NCBI GenBank assembly: GCA_022813865.1
Contig: JALDZX010000010.1
Span: 496,001 to 554,315, forward strand
Direction: 5' to 3'
Length of the DNA: 58,315 nucleotides
Source of the DNA: Xylographa opegraphella
Taxonomy: Eukaryota
Both the position numbers and the translations under genes were made by a program. Each line of letters opens with the position of its first letter. Within the stretch, counting starts at the first letter, position 1. Of the stretch, positions 11,558-24,984 are shown one piece after another. The notes beneath the pieces are model-generated. The model searched no databases. It saw only the letters and a program-made list of their open reading frames with translations, and was not told where the DNA came from.

Positions 11558-13331
11558 CTACATCAACTCCGCCCTCCCCGGCCCAAAACTGCCCAACTGC
11601 CCTGGCATGAGCGGCCGCTCGACCGCCACCGGCGGACTGTTCTCCTTCCCACGACTCGCGACCGCGTCGCGGATGAGCTGCTCGCGCTTCGCGTCGTCGA
11701 TCTCGCACAGGCCGAGCCCCGTGCGCTCGCCGCTGCCGCCGCGCGAATGGTAGCCCCTCGTCTCGCTGGCCGCGCGCCCGAGCGCGGACGACGCCGACTT
11801 CATCTTCTTCAGCGAGCGCTTCTTGTGCAGCGCGCCGCCCTTGTTGCCCGCGGCGGCAGCGGTGGCGGTCGGGGGGGAGTGGTTGTCGGGGTTTTGCTTG
11901 CTTCGGTTCTCGGCGCTGCGTGTCTTGATGCGTCGGATCTCGCGCGCGATGCGCTCCAGCGTGCTGCCGCGCGTCTTGCTCGGTGTGGGCGGGCACGCTT
12001 GCTGCAGGCGCGGGGAAGCGGGGAGCGGTTTGTCGGTGTTGAGGCCCCCTCCGCCGCCGCTACCGCTGGTGTGGCCCGTGCTGGTGGAGGGGCGGTCGGA
12101 GCTGGCGAAGCTGACGCCGGAGTCGGCGCGGCGGCCGGGCTTACCGGCGGGGAGGTCGAGGTCGGCGGCGGAGGCGACGGCGACGCAGTCGTCGATGACG
12201 GCGTTGGCGGTGCGCAGGTACTTGTCGACGATGTCGCGGACGACGGGCCAGCCGTTGGGCTCGTGCGGCCGGCGCGACTGCTGCTCGAGGTTGACGAGCA
12301 CGCCTTTGCCGGCGCGCTCGACGGCTTGGATGTAGCGGAAGAAGGCGTTGCGCTGGCTGCTGAGGATGGTGGGGGTGAGTTGCGGGGTTGGGGGAAAGGT
12401 TGGGGTCGGGGGGTAGAGGGTGTTGAGCATGGCGATGCAGTTGGGTTTGGAGAAGGGGGCGAGGCGCATTTCGTTGATGAGGGTCTGCGGGGGAGGGGGG
12501 GTTAGTAGAGTAAAGGTTGTGGAATGGCGAAGGGGTGGTATTTGAGTTAGGTGTGGGGGGGCGGGAAGTTTGCACAATGATGAGGGCTTGGGTACGGAGA
12601 GATTTGTGTGTTTGGAGGTTGAGCAAGAATAATAACAAGCTTGGGGGGACATTTTTGTGGTGGGGTATAGGTGAGACATATAGAATGATCATGTGATGAC
12701 AGCCAAAGGAGGTACTGACCCAGCGACGAAGTCCGATGTAGACCTGTGTGTACAGCGCTTCTACCCTCCTCTCCTTGTCCTCCATGCTGGACATCCACTC
12801 CGCAACTGCCGAAGATCGCTTGGCCAGCTCATCCCGGTTCACGTCAATGGCATCGACGTTGATATCGAGCCGTCGAAGGGCAGCCGACAGCTCGCGCTTC
12901 CTCCTGGTCTCGAGGTCCTTGAGGTAGTCCAAAGCGGTCAAGGCTTGCGTGAAGTCGACGAGACACAGGTCTTCGGTGAAACAGCGTCGGACAAAAGAAG
13001 TGATGAAGGACGGTGGCAGCGAGAACGGCTGCGAGGGTAGGAAGGCGATCTGCTCCATCAGCGACGACTTGAAATGCTGCGTCGCTGCTTGCGTGGCCGT
13101 CGACTGTCGATTGTGGCCGTTGCTTCCAGGAAATGGAGGAGGAAAGGGATTATTGGGCGAGTTGTTCGAACTTGAGCCCGGGGTGGACGGTCGATTTGTT
13201 TGGGCCAAAACATTGTTTGTGTACATGGTCCGCAGGGGAATCTCGTAAGTGCCTGGGTAGGCCAGAAGATGCTCTAGAATCCATGGGAACGCGGACCCCT
13301 CAGCAGGAGCAATGTCGGGACCGATGTCCAT
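11558..13331 (-). CDS. Conserved-looking fungal hypothetical protein, 2 exons
   Basis: PWILEHLLAYPGTYEIPLRTMY, QPFSLPPSFITSFVRRCF, LYTQVYIGLRRW | TLINEM...NCIAMLNTLYPP; intron about 12486-12719 (GTCAGT...GCAG). The start codon is uncertain. Confidence 0.75.
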
Positions 13332-16300
13332 TTTTTCTTCCTTTCAGCGAGTTGGCTGTTGCTGATGTTGGTGGGACGGTGCTTTCTTACGAACCCTGTC
13401 CAGCCTCGTGGCTTCGGGGGCGTTGGTGTCGAGGCTATCGAGCGACTTATCGAGCCGGACGCTGATATTGCGGTCAATCGCTTCTGCTTTAGGGCGTGGC
13501 GGCCGTTGGAAAAGCCCCCGGGGAACGTGGGACGGGGGGAGCTAGATCGCCATGAGCCAACCAGAAGGATCGTTTCAAGCTTAAGGTATGGTTAAAGGAG
13601 GGAACCAAGGTCGAGACTGCTGACAGCACGCGGTCGCGCACGTTGGTGAGATCCACTCCAAAGGTCCGAAGGTCCAAATGTCCAAAGCTTGGGGAATATG
13701 TTGTGTACAGGTAACTAACGGTAGTATTGTAATGCAACAGCTGGTGGAGATCGGAGCATTATGTTTATTTTGACGCTTCAAGCGTTGTTTGCTTTGCAGT
13801 CACTCCCGCCCGCCTAGCCACCTCGCAAGCCTCGCAACGGATTTGTCTCGAGCTGCTGGACTCGGGGCTTTTGGATTCAGATTGATTGCGCAATACGTGC
13901 TGGTCGCTGCCGGTGGGCCGGAGTGTGTGGGATTGGGATTGCGATTGCGATTGCGATGACTGATATGCCTCGTGTTGCGGTGCAGTGGCTGGACCTCGGT
14001 CGATTCCGTGCGACGCCGCAGGTAGTTGATCACCGTTGGGAGGCCAAACACCGCTCAGGTGCGAATCGTAAGAGGCAGGACTGTTTGATCACGCGAAACG
14101 GCTTCCGAGGAGGGTGGTGTCGAGCAGCCCACAGTTGGGGACCGTCCAACAGATACAGATCGAGTGGTTGACCGGTCTCGACTCACGGTAGAGTATCTAG
14201 GCTCAATGGTGGTCCCGTCAATGTCCCGTCAATGTCCCGTCCATGCCATAGACAAGGGGTTCATGAATAATAGTGATTTGTGGCGATAACGGGATCACAC
14301 GGCACGATTACAACAATAAATATCAATCGATCAAGCTTGGAGGCAAACTGCTCGATGTCTGGAGACTGCAACAAAAGGCGAACTCCTCTTCCGTTCAGGA
14401 GGAGCGGGTCGGGGGATTCAAGTAGGGCCTGGGAATTCGTGGAGGATACGCGCAACACTGGATCTACACGGGGGGCACGAGCAGTTCTGACGCCGCGGGC
14501 CGCATCTGGACGCACTGATACAAGGACACGGCTTTGCTTGGTCGCTCGCTGCCTCCAGCATCTCCCGGCCTCCAGGATTGCCTTCTGGGGTGCGAGAGTC
14601 GGTTCCAGGCACGACATCGCGGCAAGGCGTTCTCCCCTGAATCCCTCTCTCTCCCTTTGCCCTCCTCCCCCTCCCCAGCAACGCGTAATTGGATGGGCTA
14701 AAAGAAGATTCGGTCGTGGCTTCCGTACCACGCTTTCTTCGCATGCAGGAGAATGCTTGCGGGCTCATTACTACGGGCTGCTATACAATTGTGGGGCTCA
14801 ATTGTTCATATTCGACATGCATCGTGAATGCCGCGTCTGTCCTACACCCGTTCAACGCGTTTGGGATCCCCGTAAAGGGTTGCAATACATCATCGCAAAG
14901 GCCGGAGAAAAATCAAACAGGGTGCTGTTCATGCGTGTGCTGGATTGAGCTCTGCTTCGGGCCCTTTCGTCGTCTCACAATGCTGAATGTGGAAATTGTG
15001 CTACCCTTTTCGTCGTCATTCTCGACAAGCCGTGCGTCAGGCAAAATTGCTCATTTGGGACCTGCTAGGTCAGGGAGCGTTCAAAAGGACGGCTTCGTTC
15101 CTGGTGCACAGCTTTCGCCGTTTGGCGGTCTTGGAGCCTCCACTGGACGTTCACTTTCCGATTGGTCCGTTGCGTCAAAATGGATGAGATGTCTCACCAT
15201 AGCCGACCGAATGGCGACGGTCGCTACGAACGACCTCGAGCATCGACGGCATCTCAATTACGTTTATCCTTTGGCCACAAACAACGTTCTCCAGCAACAA
15301 GTCTGCCGAGCGTGGGATTTCGAGATGTCGTGCGGAACGAACCTGTGATGTTGCACAGGCGTCCCTTACTTGTGGGACCTGGACTACTATATACGGAAAT
15401 GGTGTCGCCATACGTCGAGCAGTCGTATAACTCGACGGCCATTCCGGTATCCTGGGAGTCTTACAGCGGTCTACTCGTATGGTAATCAATTTCCCTCATT
15501 TCGCGCTCATCATTTGTCACCGACAGCCAAAATGGGAGACCTAGGGAAGTTCTGCAGTCTCTACATCCTGTGTGCGTGCGCGAAAATGCGGCTGAGTACA
15601 CCGAATCGCTGTTCTTTTCTTGGTCATGAACAGATCGCATCTGCAGGCATCAGAATATGAACACGGCACATCAGGAGTCTGGGGAAGCTCGCAGCGAACA
15701 TCGGTTCGTGGCCACTCTCTGGTTCATCATGACGTTTCTTCCGCGCATGTAATGCCTTCTGGAAACCACCGAACCGATGAACCGATGAACCGATGAACCG
15801 CTGGAGTTTCATGAATGCGGCCGGAACCGCACTGCATGATCTGGATGCAGTTCAGGAAAATTCACCCGCAACATTCCATCCGCAGCTGCAGCCTCGAGTA
15901 TGCATAAATATCTCGCAACTTTTGCACGGGATGCTGGAGATGTATCCAGGTTCCCCACATTGTCATATACGCGCCGTCGGCAAGTCCAGGAAACGTGCTT
16001 CTATGCGACCGTTCCCGGCCTCCTCGTTGTTTCAAACGTGGCATTCCCAGCTCGGTTTGAGTGGCGAAGAAATTTGTTGGAAGATTCCGAATGTAGGTCG
16101 TCTCAATGAGGCTGTGATGCTGCCTTTCTATCATGTAATGGACCGTTCTTCGTGTTCATTAGCACGTCCATCTTCGCGCTCTGTCTGCGTAGAGGAGAAA
16201 GCGCCAAACTCTACGCACTCATGAACAGTCTATACCTATTGGTATCGTTTCAAGCTATCGTTGACCTGCATAACAGAACAGCTGATCACCTTCCGTTTAC

Positions 16301-16518
16301 TCCACGCGACGTCAACTGGGGGTACCCACCCCCATACTGACACCAAGATGTGTTGAACAGATAGCGCCATGGAGTGCGATGTCAACTGGGAGTTAATCCC
16401 CCATACAGACTCATATGCTGAACAAACAGCGCCGTTGAGTGCGAGAATCGAATCCAGTGATCATGTATTGTTTTCATTCTGACATTGTGGAAGCGAAACC
16501 CAGTTTCCAAACTACTTA

Positions 16519-17531
16519 CTATACCGTCATGGTCCCCTGGCTTACAACCACCGCTGTCCCGGACAGAACTACCTTCTCAATCACACCCCCAGTGGCGTCA
16601 ATCGTCACTTCTACGCCTATATGACTCTCACGCCCCATATCCGCTCCTTGTTTTATGTCATACGTGAATTTCTTTCCTGGGAGTTTGTGCTGTAGCGCGA
16701 GATAGCACGTCAATGCACACGCTGCACTGCCCGTTGCCGGATCCTCGCCGATCTCTGGCTCGACCATCCTTGATTCGATCCGAGTCCAACCCGGCTTCGT
16801 CTCATGATCGTACATAACATAGAAGTAAGGAGCCACAAAGCCGGCTCCGGCCTCCATCTGATGGACAGGTACATGGCTCAGCTGAATACGAGGTAGGCTC
16901 CTTTTGAGATCCTTCAACCGGATCAACACAAACTGCATACCTTTGACTGGAGATACAATCGGATAACCTGAAAATTCATTTTCGACGTAAAGATTGTCTT
17001 CCAGCCTGGGTTGGGACTTGAGGACTGCCTCCAGAGAAACTCCAGTGTTGTGAATATGGACATCGTGCGGTATCTTCGCCATTGCTATATTTGTATCATG
17101 GTCATATTTGGCATCAATGAGTCCGGCTTTACATAGTAGCTTAATGTTTTGTATATTCTGGCCTTGAACGTTGGACTGGGACCCAATCCAGTATAATGTT
17201 CCAATTGTAGGGTGACCTTGAGAGGTCAGCCACATCTTCCTCCGAGCACGTTCTAGCCGAGTCATTGAGGCAGCAGAGATCCCAAAATTGCCATACCTGC
17301 AAAAGGCAGCTCTTCGTTGATCGTGAAAATATCGAATCTCCTCCCCTTGCCGGAGCCGTCATCTTCGTGCAAGAAGACCGTCTCGGACAAGTTGAACTCG
17401 CGTGCGATCTTTTGCTTCGTCTGCTGGGACAAGGGAATTTCCTTCCGGATGTTTACAATTGCCAAAGGATTACCCGTGAACCGAGTAGGTGTGAAGACAT
17501 CGACGGTTGCAAACGAGAGGGTTGTAGTCAT
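16519..17531 (-). CDS. PhzF/PhzC family (diaminopimelate epimerase-like) isomerase, 2 exons
   Basis: TVDVFT..RFTGNPLAIV, IAREFNLSETVF, ELPFA|GHPTIG, EDPATGSAACAL, QGADMGRES.I. Confidence 0.92.
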
Positions 17532-17852
17532 CTTGAAAATTTAATGCAGCTATTCCGAAGACTAGACTACAATACTGGAGTCGAATGTCTACTTTGTGAA
17601 TCTGCTTGTTACGTCGTGGACAAGGAAAGGGCTCTTTAAGTGATTTGAAATGCGGACCCCCTAAACTAACGCATCTTTCAGGGCTGCTTAACCCCCACGC
17701 AGTACCCGCCAGACTGTCCTCCCCCCCGGGGGCAACCGGGGCCTAGCGATCTTAGTCAGGAACAGTACGTCCAGAACACGTAGCTCGTCCATTTTATACA
17801 GACTTCAGCACTTTCACGATGGTATAACCCATGTTCTTACCTTTCAACCGGC

Positions 17853-20800
17853 ATGAAGTTCTTTAATTTACCATGGGAGGTGCTCGGAGTATTGTTTGCA
17901 ACGACGTCCTTTAATGCGCGCTTGACAGCTGCTTCTTCCGTGAATGTCGTCCTCGAGGCTTCTTTTACTTCCCCCCCTTATCTTTTAGAGCTTCTGTAGG
18001 TGAGCTGCATAACCAAACTTCGCAGTGACTGAACGCTAACATACGTAGGGAGACCGCTGCCCTTGAAAATGCGACTTCATACTTTCCAATCCTGGACAGA
18101 ATAGCTGAAGGCTACTTCGTGGACTTTTCGACCGAGAGAGACCTTTACACTGCTTTCGTACAACTCCTACAGGATGATGGACATCTGCCCAGCGCAGAGG
18201 CTCTGTCATCTTTTCAGCTCGCTTTATCTATCCACGCAGCCGCCCCTCGCATCGGGGCTCACTACCAGTACTACACCACTTCCGTGGAGTCGTCATTGAT
18301 GGTTGCACAAGATGCTGCCTGTCCAGTATGGGTACATTTCGATGGCAAGCAATATTGCTCACCAACCTTGGAGAGGGCACAGCAGGATTTCAAAGGGCAA
18401 GAGTAGATCCTACGTTGTGATTCTGTGGTCGGAAAGCTGATAATTTGCCAGCACCCAGCAAGATCTGCCCTTCGATCATGTCTTGAGTTTGAGTCCAGAG
18501 CTTCCGGTGTCGACGCTATATGTAGACATCAACTCTCCCTTATTCGGACACTTCCACCAGACGTTGAGCCAAACTGCTAGGGCAGGCCAGACATCATACC
18601 GTATACGCTATCGTCCATCGTTTTCTACGACTACTCAGCCATTGATCTTGAGCGGTTATGGGGTTGAGCTTGCGTTGAAGCGCACAGACTACATCGTTAT
18701 TGACGATAGGGGAAAGGCTAGTGACCACGAAATAGGAGGAGCTGCAGACGCAGACGCAGCGGCTCTCAATGATGTGTCATCTCAGGTACAGGACTTGGCA
18801 GACCTCAGGCCCCTTTCTGCGTCGGAGTTACTAGGACTTGGCTTGAAAGCCTCAAGCTTTGTCATGGCTAGCGATGATCCTTTCGATACTCTATTGAAGG
18901 TCTCCCAAGACTTCCCGAAGCATTCCTCCACAATCGCCAAGCTTAACATTTCTGATGATTTCATGCTCGAACATGCTAAAAACCGAGAAATGTTTCTTCC
19001 CGCCGGCTTCAACATGATTTGGATGAACGGAATGCAAGTCGAAGCGCGCCAGATGGACGCCTTCTCCCTAGTGGAGCAGCTACGTCGGGAGCGACGGCTG
19101 ATAGAGAGCTTAAAGGAATCGGGTCTGTCCGCAGCAGAATCCATCTCACTGATTTCGCATTCCGCTATTGCAGAGTCCAAGGCAACAAGCGAGTCACAAC
19201 GCTATGATTACCGAGACGAACTTGAAGGCGGCCAGGTCATTATCTGGCTCAATGATATCGAGAAAGACAAGAGATACCAGGACTGGCCAGCCCATTCATC
19301 TGCGGTGAGTTTTAATCTGGCAGTCTTTGCTTCGCGCCTCTAATTTCGGACCTTAGTTACTGCAACGAACATTTCCCGGCCAGCTGCCAAGTGTCAGACG
19401 TGATGTCCACAACATGGTCATGCCCCTTGATTTTACCGATCTACAGGATATGGAGTTACTGGTAGATACCCTTCAGAATTTTGTCAAACGGACAGTACCG
19501 GTTAGATTTGGCATTGTACCATTGTTGTCATCTCCACCTGCCATCAAACAAACGCAAGCTATTTACTATCTGCTTGATACATACGGCCTCGGGGCTGTTA
19601 TCGACTACATTTCGGTGGTAAGCCATAATAACTACACGACCATCATAGTTATCCCTCATCTAATACATCCTAGGCAATCAAAGGCAGAAGAAGACCTTAT
19701 TTTCACAATCTAGTTTTTTGGGAAATCATCAAAGATCGGAAACTTCGGAAGAACAAAGTGGTCAAGGATCTTCCCGAAGTTTTCGAAGGAGAAGAATACA
19801 GAGATCGCATCCGCGCCACACAAAGCTACCTACGACGACTTGGAATACAGAGCACGTCACCAGTTCTGTTTGCTAACGGAGCTGCACTTGCTCGTACTGA
19901 CGCTTGGTTGCAAGCGATGAGCAACCGGCTAGAACTAGACACCCGGACTATTCAGCGACAGATATTCGAGGAGACCATACCGGATGACACATGGCTTGCG
20001 GGGATCTTCCTCCAAGGTGCATCGACTCATCGAAATGCCTTGATCATCCCGGAAGATGAAAGCAGTATCAAAATTCATGACATCGGAAAGCTCGTCAGTG
20101 AACACGCTGGTATCTATTCGAAACTGCCACGGATCGAAGCAAGCGGCGATGCACTCAAACAGTTCTGGTCACACGTGATTGTTGTAGCAGATTTAGACAC
20201 CAATGAAGGTGCGAGAGTGTTGGCTGGTGCTCTAGAGTTCAGGAGGCAACAACCAGAAGCTGAAGTAGTTATTTTGCACAATCCTTCTCTGGTAGATACT
20301 TTGAACTTCAGATCGGCGAAGCTCTTTGAATTGCTGGTCAGCGGTGGCGAAGTCAATCCGGATAGCGTGGCAACTGCCATCACATACTCCAACCAAACCC
20401 CTGGCGGCGTCAATCCTAATGAGACACATCAAATGGCGGAGGAATTCTGGAATACTGTGCAACCTCTTGCATTATCCCTTGGGTTGCAGCCGGGTCAGCA
20501 AGGTGTCGTACTCAATGGCCGACTCGTAGGACCAATCCCAGGCTCCGCATCATTCGTATCTGAGGACTTCACACAGCTCCTTCAGTACGAACGATCCAAA
20601 CGTATATCGCCAGCAAACAAAGCTTTAGCGGCCCTTGGATTGGAGGATCGGTTCGACAGTCCTCTTGCAGCTGCAAAGGGGTCTTCACTCGTTGCATTAT
20701 CAACAATTTCTGATGTACCCGAGGGAATTTATGATTCTGGTTCGTCATTGAGGATCAGTACTTTCGAGAGATGGAAGGCAGCGCATACTGCGATTATTTC

Positions 20801-22577
20801 CGGAGATTCTGCGACTGCTTCGATTCATATTGTGGCTGCCATAGATCCAACCAGCGAAGTGACTCAACGATGGATTCCAATTCTCAAGGTCCTATCCGAA
20901 TTGAGTGGGGTCTCCATGAAGGTCTATCTCAACCCGCGCGAGAGGATGGAAGAGCTTCCGATCAAACGGTTTTATCGACATGTTCTTGAATCAAAGCCGT
21001 CATTCGCCGAGAATGGTAGCATCAGCCATCCTCAGGCTACTTTTACGGGTCTACCAAGAGAAGCGTTGCTGAACTTAGCGATGGATGTACCTTCAGCCTG
21101 GCTAGTGGCTCCGAAGGAGTCTATCCACGACCTCGACAATATCAAACTGAGCGCACTTAAGGATCATTCCAACATTGACGCGATCTATGAGCTGGAGCAC
21201 ATTCTGATCGAAGGCCATTCCCGTGATGTGACTCTTGGATCCGCTCCTCGTGGAGTGCAACTGGTCCTCGGAACCGAGAGAGATCCTCACTTCGCCGACA
21301 CGTTGATCATGGCGAACCTGGGCTACTTCCAATTCAAAGCCAACCCTGGATACTGGAACATCCAACTCCAATCAGGCCGGAGCAAGCAGATCTACCAGAT
21401 TGACAGCGTAGGAGCTGAAGGCTACACTCCAAAGCTAGGGGACGAGGTAACGGAGATTGCTTTGATGAGTTTCCAGGGCAAAACCCTATTCCCGAGGTTG
21501 TCCCGCAAGCCCGGCCAGGAGACCGAGGACGTCTTGGAAGGTGGGCCGAAGGCTGGTTCCGCTATGGACTACGTCTCTAAGGCTACAAAATTCGCGTCTT
21601 CCATCCTCTCCAATGTCGGCATGAAACCCAAACCCCGACATGCCGACATCAACATCTTCTCCGTCGCATCTGGCCATCTCTACGAGCGTATGCTCAATAT
21701 CATGATGGTCAGCGTAATGCGCCACACGAAGCATTCGGTCAAGTTTTGGTTTATCGAGCAGTTCTTGTCGCCCTCCTTCAAGACCTTGCTGCCCTACGTC
21801 GCCGCCGCATACAACTTCGAGTACGAGATGGTGACGTACAAGTGGCCGCACTGGCTCCGCGGCCAGAAGGAGAAGCAGCGCGAGATCTGGGGCTACAAGA
21901 TCCTCTTCCTCGACGTGCTCTTCCCCCTCTCGCTCGATAAGGTCATCTTCGTCGACGCCGACCAGATCGTGCGCACGGACATGTACGAGCTCGTGAGGCA
22001 CGACCTCAAAGGCGCCCCCTACGGCTTCACGCCCATGTGCGACTCGCGCACGGAAATGGAAGGCTTCCGCTTCTGGAAGCAGGGCTACTGGAAGACCTTC
22101 CTGCGCGGCCTCCCCTACCACATCTCCGCCCTGTACGTCGTCGACCTGCAGCAGTTCCGGCAGATGGCGGCCGGCGACCGGCTGCGGCAGCAGTACCACC
22201 AGCTCAGCGCGGACCCGCACAGCCTCAGCAACCTGGACCAGGACTTGCCGAACCACATGCAGATGGTGCTCCCCATCCACAGCCTGCCGCAGGACTGGCT
22301 CTGGTGCGAGACGTGGTGCAGCGACGAGAGCCTCGGGCGCGCGCGCACGATCGACCTGTGCAATAACCCGCAGACCAAGGAGCCGAAGCTGGAGCGGGCG
22401 CGGCGCCAGGTGCCGGAGTGGACGGTGTACGACGACGAGATCGCGGCGGTGCTGCGGGAGGCGAGGGAGCGGGAGAGGGTGGGGGGCGGGGGCCAGGAGC
22501 GGTATGCCGGCGTGCAGGAGGAGTTGGACGAGGCGGCTTGGAAGGGTGGCGGGAAGGGGGTCAAGGATGAGTTGTGA
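17853..22577 (+). CDS. UDP-glucose:glycoprotein glucosyltransferase (UGGT; Kre5/Gpt1 family), 5 exons
   Basis: Signal-peptide-like start, SGYGVELALKRTDYIVIDDR, GT24 domain INIFSVASGHLYERM...IFVDADQ...NLDQDLPN...WLWCETWC, C-terminal ER-retention signal KDEL. Confidence 0.97.
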
Positions 22578-24984
22578 GTAGGCCGGTCGTGATAAGAGGA
22601 GTGAGTTTAGAGCGGACAATCTTGTTCTCAGACGCGATCTTTACCGCTTCTATCTCGACTTGGGGGGTTTCTATCAAACGTGATCTTATCCCGGTGTCGC
22701 GGCTCGTCTCGCTACTGTACGGCAATCGCCGTTTCGATGGGCCTTGGCGATATTGTGTGTGTGTATGTGTTTGTGCATGGTGCCGCAAGTGTAAAATAGA
22801 AGAGCGGATTACCTGCCTACTACCTTAGTCTGACATGGCGTCTCGGAGCATCTCGGGTCTCGGACCGCCCGCCTTGGTTGGTGGGTTGGAGAACTGCTTC
22901 TCCACTCCGCGTCCAGGCTTCTTGTTCCTTAAGCCGTGGGCGCCGGTTCGTGTTGCCCTCCCTGCTGTCTGTCCTGGCAGCCGACGGAGGGTTCGGGTAC
23001 CTTACTTATCTACTATGTGGGTTTGTGAAAAGGTCGCTGCAGCCAGGGGAGAGGCGAGCCTTGTTATCGCTGCGGCGGGGGCGGCCTTTATCTGCGGATG
23101 CGGGTTGTTGCACTTGCTTACCGTTGGTGCGGGCTTTTCGTCTCGTTGAGGTAGGGCTGGGATAGCTTAGCTTGCGGCCACGACAGACGGTCTGAGAGTT
23201 GGAGATGAGGCGACGCCGAGAATTGGTGCTGTGTACGGTGTGGTATGGTAGGTGGCTGCAAAGCGTGCCGTATGCCTCGATTGTCTTCTGTGGTGTGTGC
23301 GACTAAGTGTACATTGGCTGTGTGAAGGGGCAATGGGAGTGCTACACCGGATCGCGCGTCCTTGGTGGGCAAGACAACGCCTAGAGAGCATGCTATCCAC
23401 TCGTCATGATGATATTGCGAAGGAGATGGCCGCCGGTTGGTATCATGATTTGTTCGCCGAGGGGCCGATGTACGTGCCTGTCTTCAAAAGCTGCTGTCCC
23501 TCGTGGTCGGCATCGTAGCAGAGTCGGCGCTGAGATTCAGATGGGATGAAGATGAAACGTAGTTCCGCACGAGTAGGTGCGGTTCTTCCACTCTCGCCGA
23601 GACGGACGGTGTAGCGCACGGCCAGGGGGTGCGAGCGATTGCATGACGGCGCCAACGGTACCTAGGTAGGCAGGTCTTGGGAAGGGGGAGGGGCGTTCGG
23701 TATGTTGCATTATGTTGGAGGGAGGCGCAGAGCAGGCTGGATGGGGAAAGGTGGTGGAAGAATGGTCCCCTGAGGTTCCATTATTGTTCCAGCAGGCTTC
23801 CCCGGTCGGACGATGGAAGGAAAAGATGCAATGGTGTCTGGTTCGAAGATGCGGAGATGCCTGTATGTCTTGTGCGTGGAGGTGCAGGAAGCAGCATGGT
23901 GGTCGGGGAGGCTTCCGATCATTGTCTTTGAGATGGCACCGGATGTTTGGGCTGCACAAGCTGCTTTGGCACTCGAGGCCAATTGCACTTCCCAGACGGA
24001 GGACCACCTACGATGAGCTTGTGGTCGAGATTGCTAAGCCTCACGGACCAAAGACCCAAGCGCATCATTCCATCTCAGTTCCACGGCCCTCGTCCTACGT
24101 GCAGGCATGTCCGGCACTAGATCTGTGGCTAAATTAGCGCCCCTGCTTCCCACGTTTTTGTCTCACTCCAACTCGTCGCTTGTAGCAGCTTTAACTGCTT
24201 AGGGTCAAGAGGGCAGCTCCAGCTCGACTCTCAATTGGCTATTCGATGTTCTGGCGTACCGCTAAGGACTCCGTGCCCTCTTGGCGGCCGTACGTGGATG
24301 CAGGCTATCAACGCATCGACTGCACCGACTGCACCCCTTTCGTCGTCGGTCGTCCATCGTCTGTTGCATCTGAGCAGTGAGCATCATGCCATCAGCTTAC
24401 CCATTCAGACTCTCGTGGCGGCCGTCTTCATGACCAGGCACCAGCTAGTCTTTGTGCCCTTTTCAAAGTCAGGTCATCATGCGTCCTGCGCCCAATCAAT
24501 ACCCTGCCCTGAACAGAATACCAACTCACCCGGCCTGTTATAGGCGTGAAGGATGCCATTCACAGGCCCCGCATTCGTTATTGTGCCGCGTGCTATCGTC
24601 GTGCTATTCTTCTTCTTTCCCTATTCATATATGTGAATAAGCTGCCCATTCATTCCTTCGGACCGGTGAGAGACTGCGTCAGACTATGTATATATGGAGT
24701 ATGAAACATCATCTATGTGCTGAACCTTCGTTGTACCGTTCATATATCTCAGGTATCGGGTTTTCTGCGTAAGGTTGGATGAGAACGTTCTGCGCCTCCA
24801 GCTTTTCCGGTTGAACGGCCCGCCACGGCTTGTCAAATTCTGCGTCTTCATCTCCTTCTCTTCACTTCATTACAGATTCACACCCGAACCTGACTAAGCG
24901 TCCCTCAGAGTACTGTCCCAGGGTCGCATTCCTCACCTGCTATGCGCCGGAATCTTCATATACAACACCACAGTCCTGGCAAAG

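Noticed and set aside
13332..16500. Many 60-220 aa ORFs and short microsatellites (GATTGC)n, (GAACCGAT)n, (TGTCCCGTCAA)n in the long intergenic interval
   Set aside because: No coherent protein motifs or splice structure; most likely promoter/5'UTR sequence with ordinary slippage repeats.
21486..22619. Long antisense/alternate-frame ORFs over UGGT, and similar ones at 11747-12505, 25367-26673 and 31728-32705
   Set aside because: Shadow ORFs produced by extreme GC3 in real genes; no recognisable domains.
22600..24950. Overlapping short ORFs between UGGT and the RGS gene
   Set aside because: Low-information translations with no family features.
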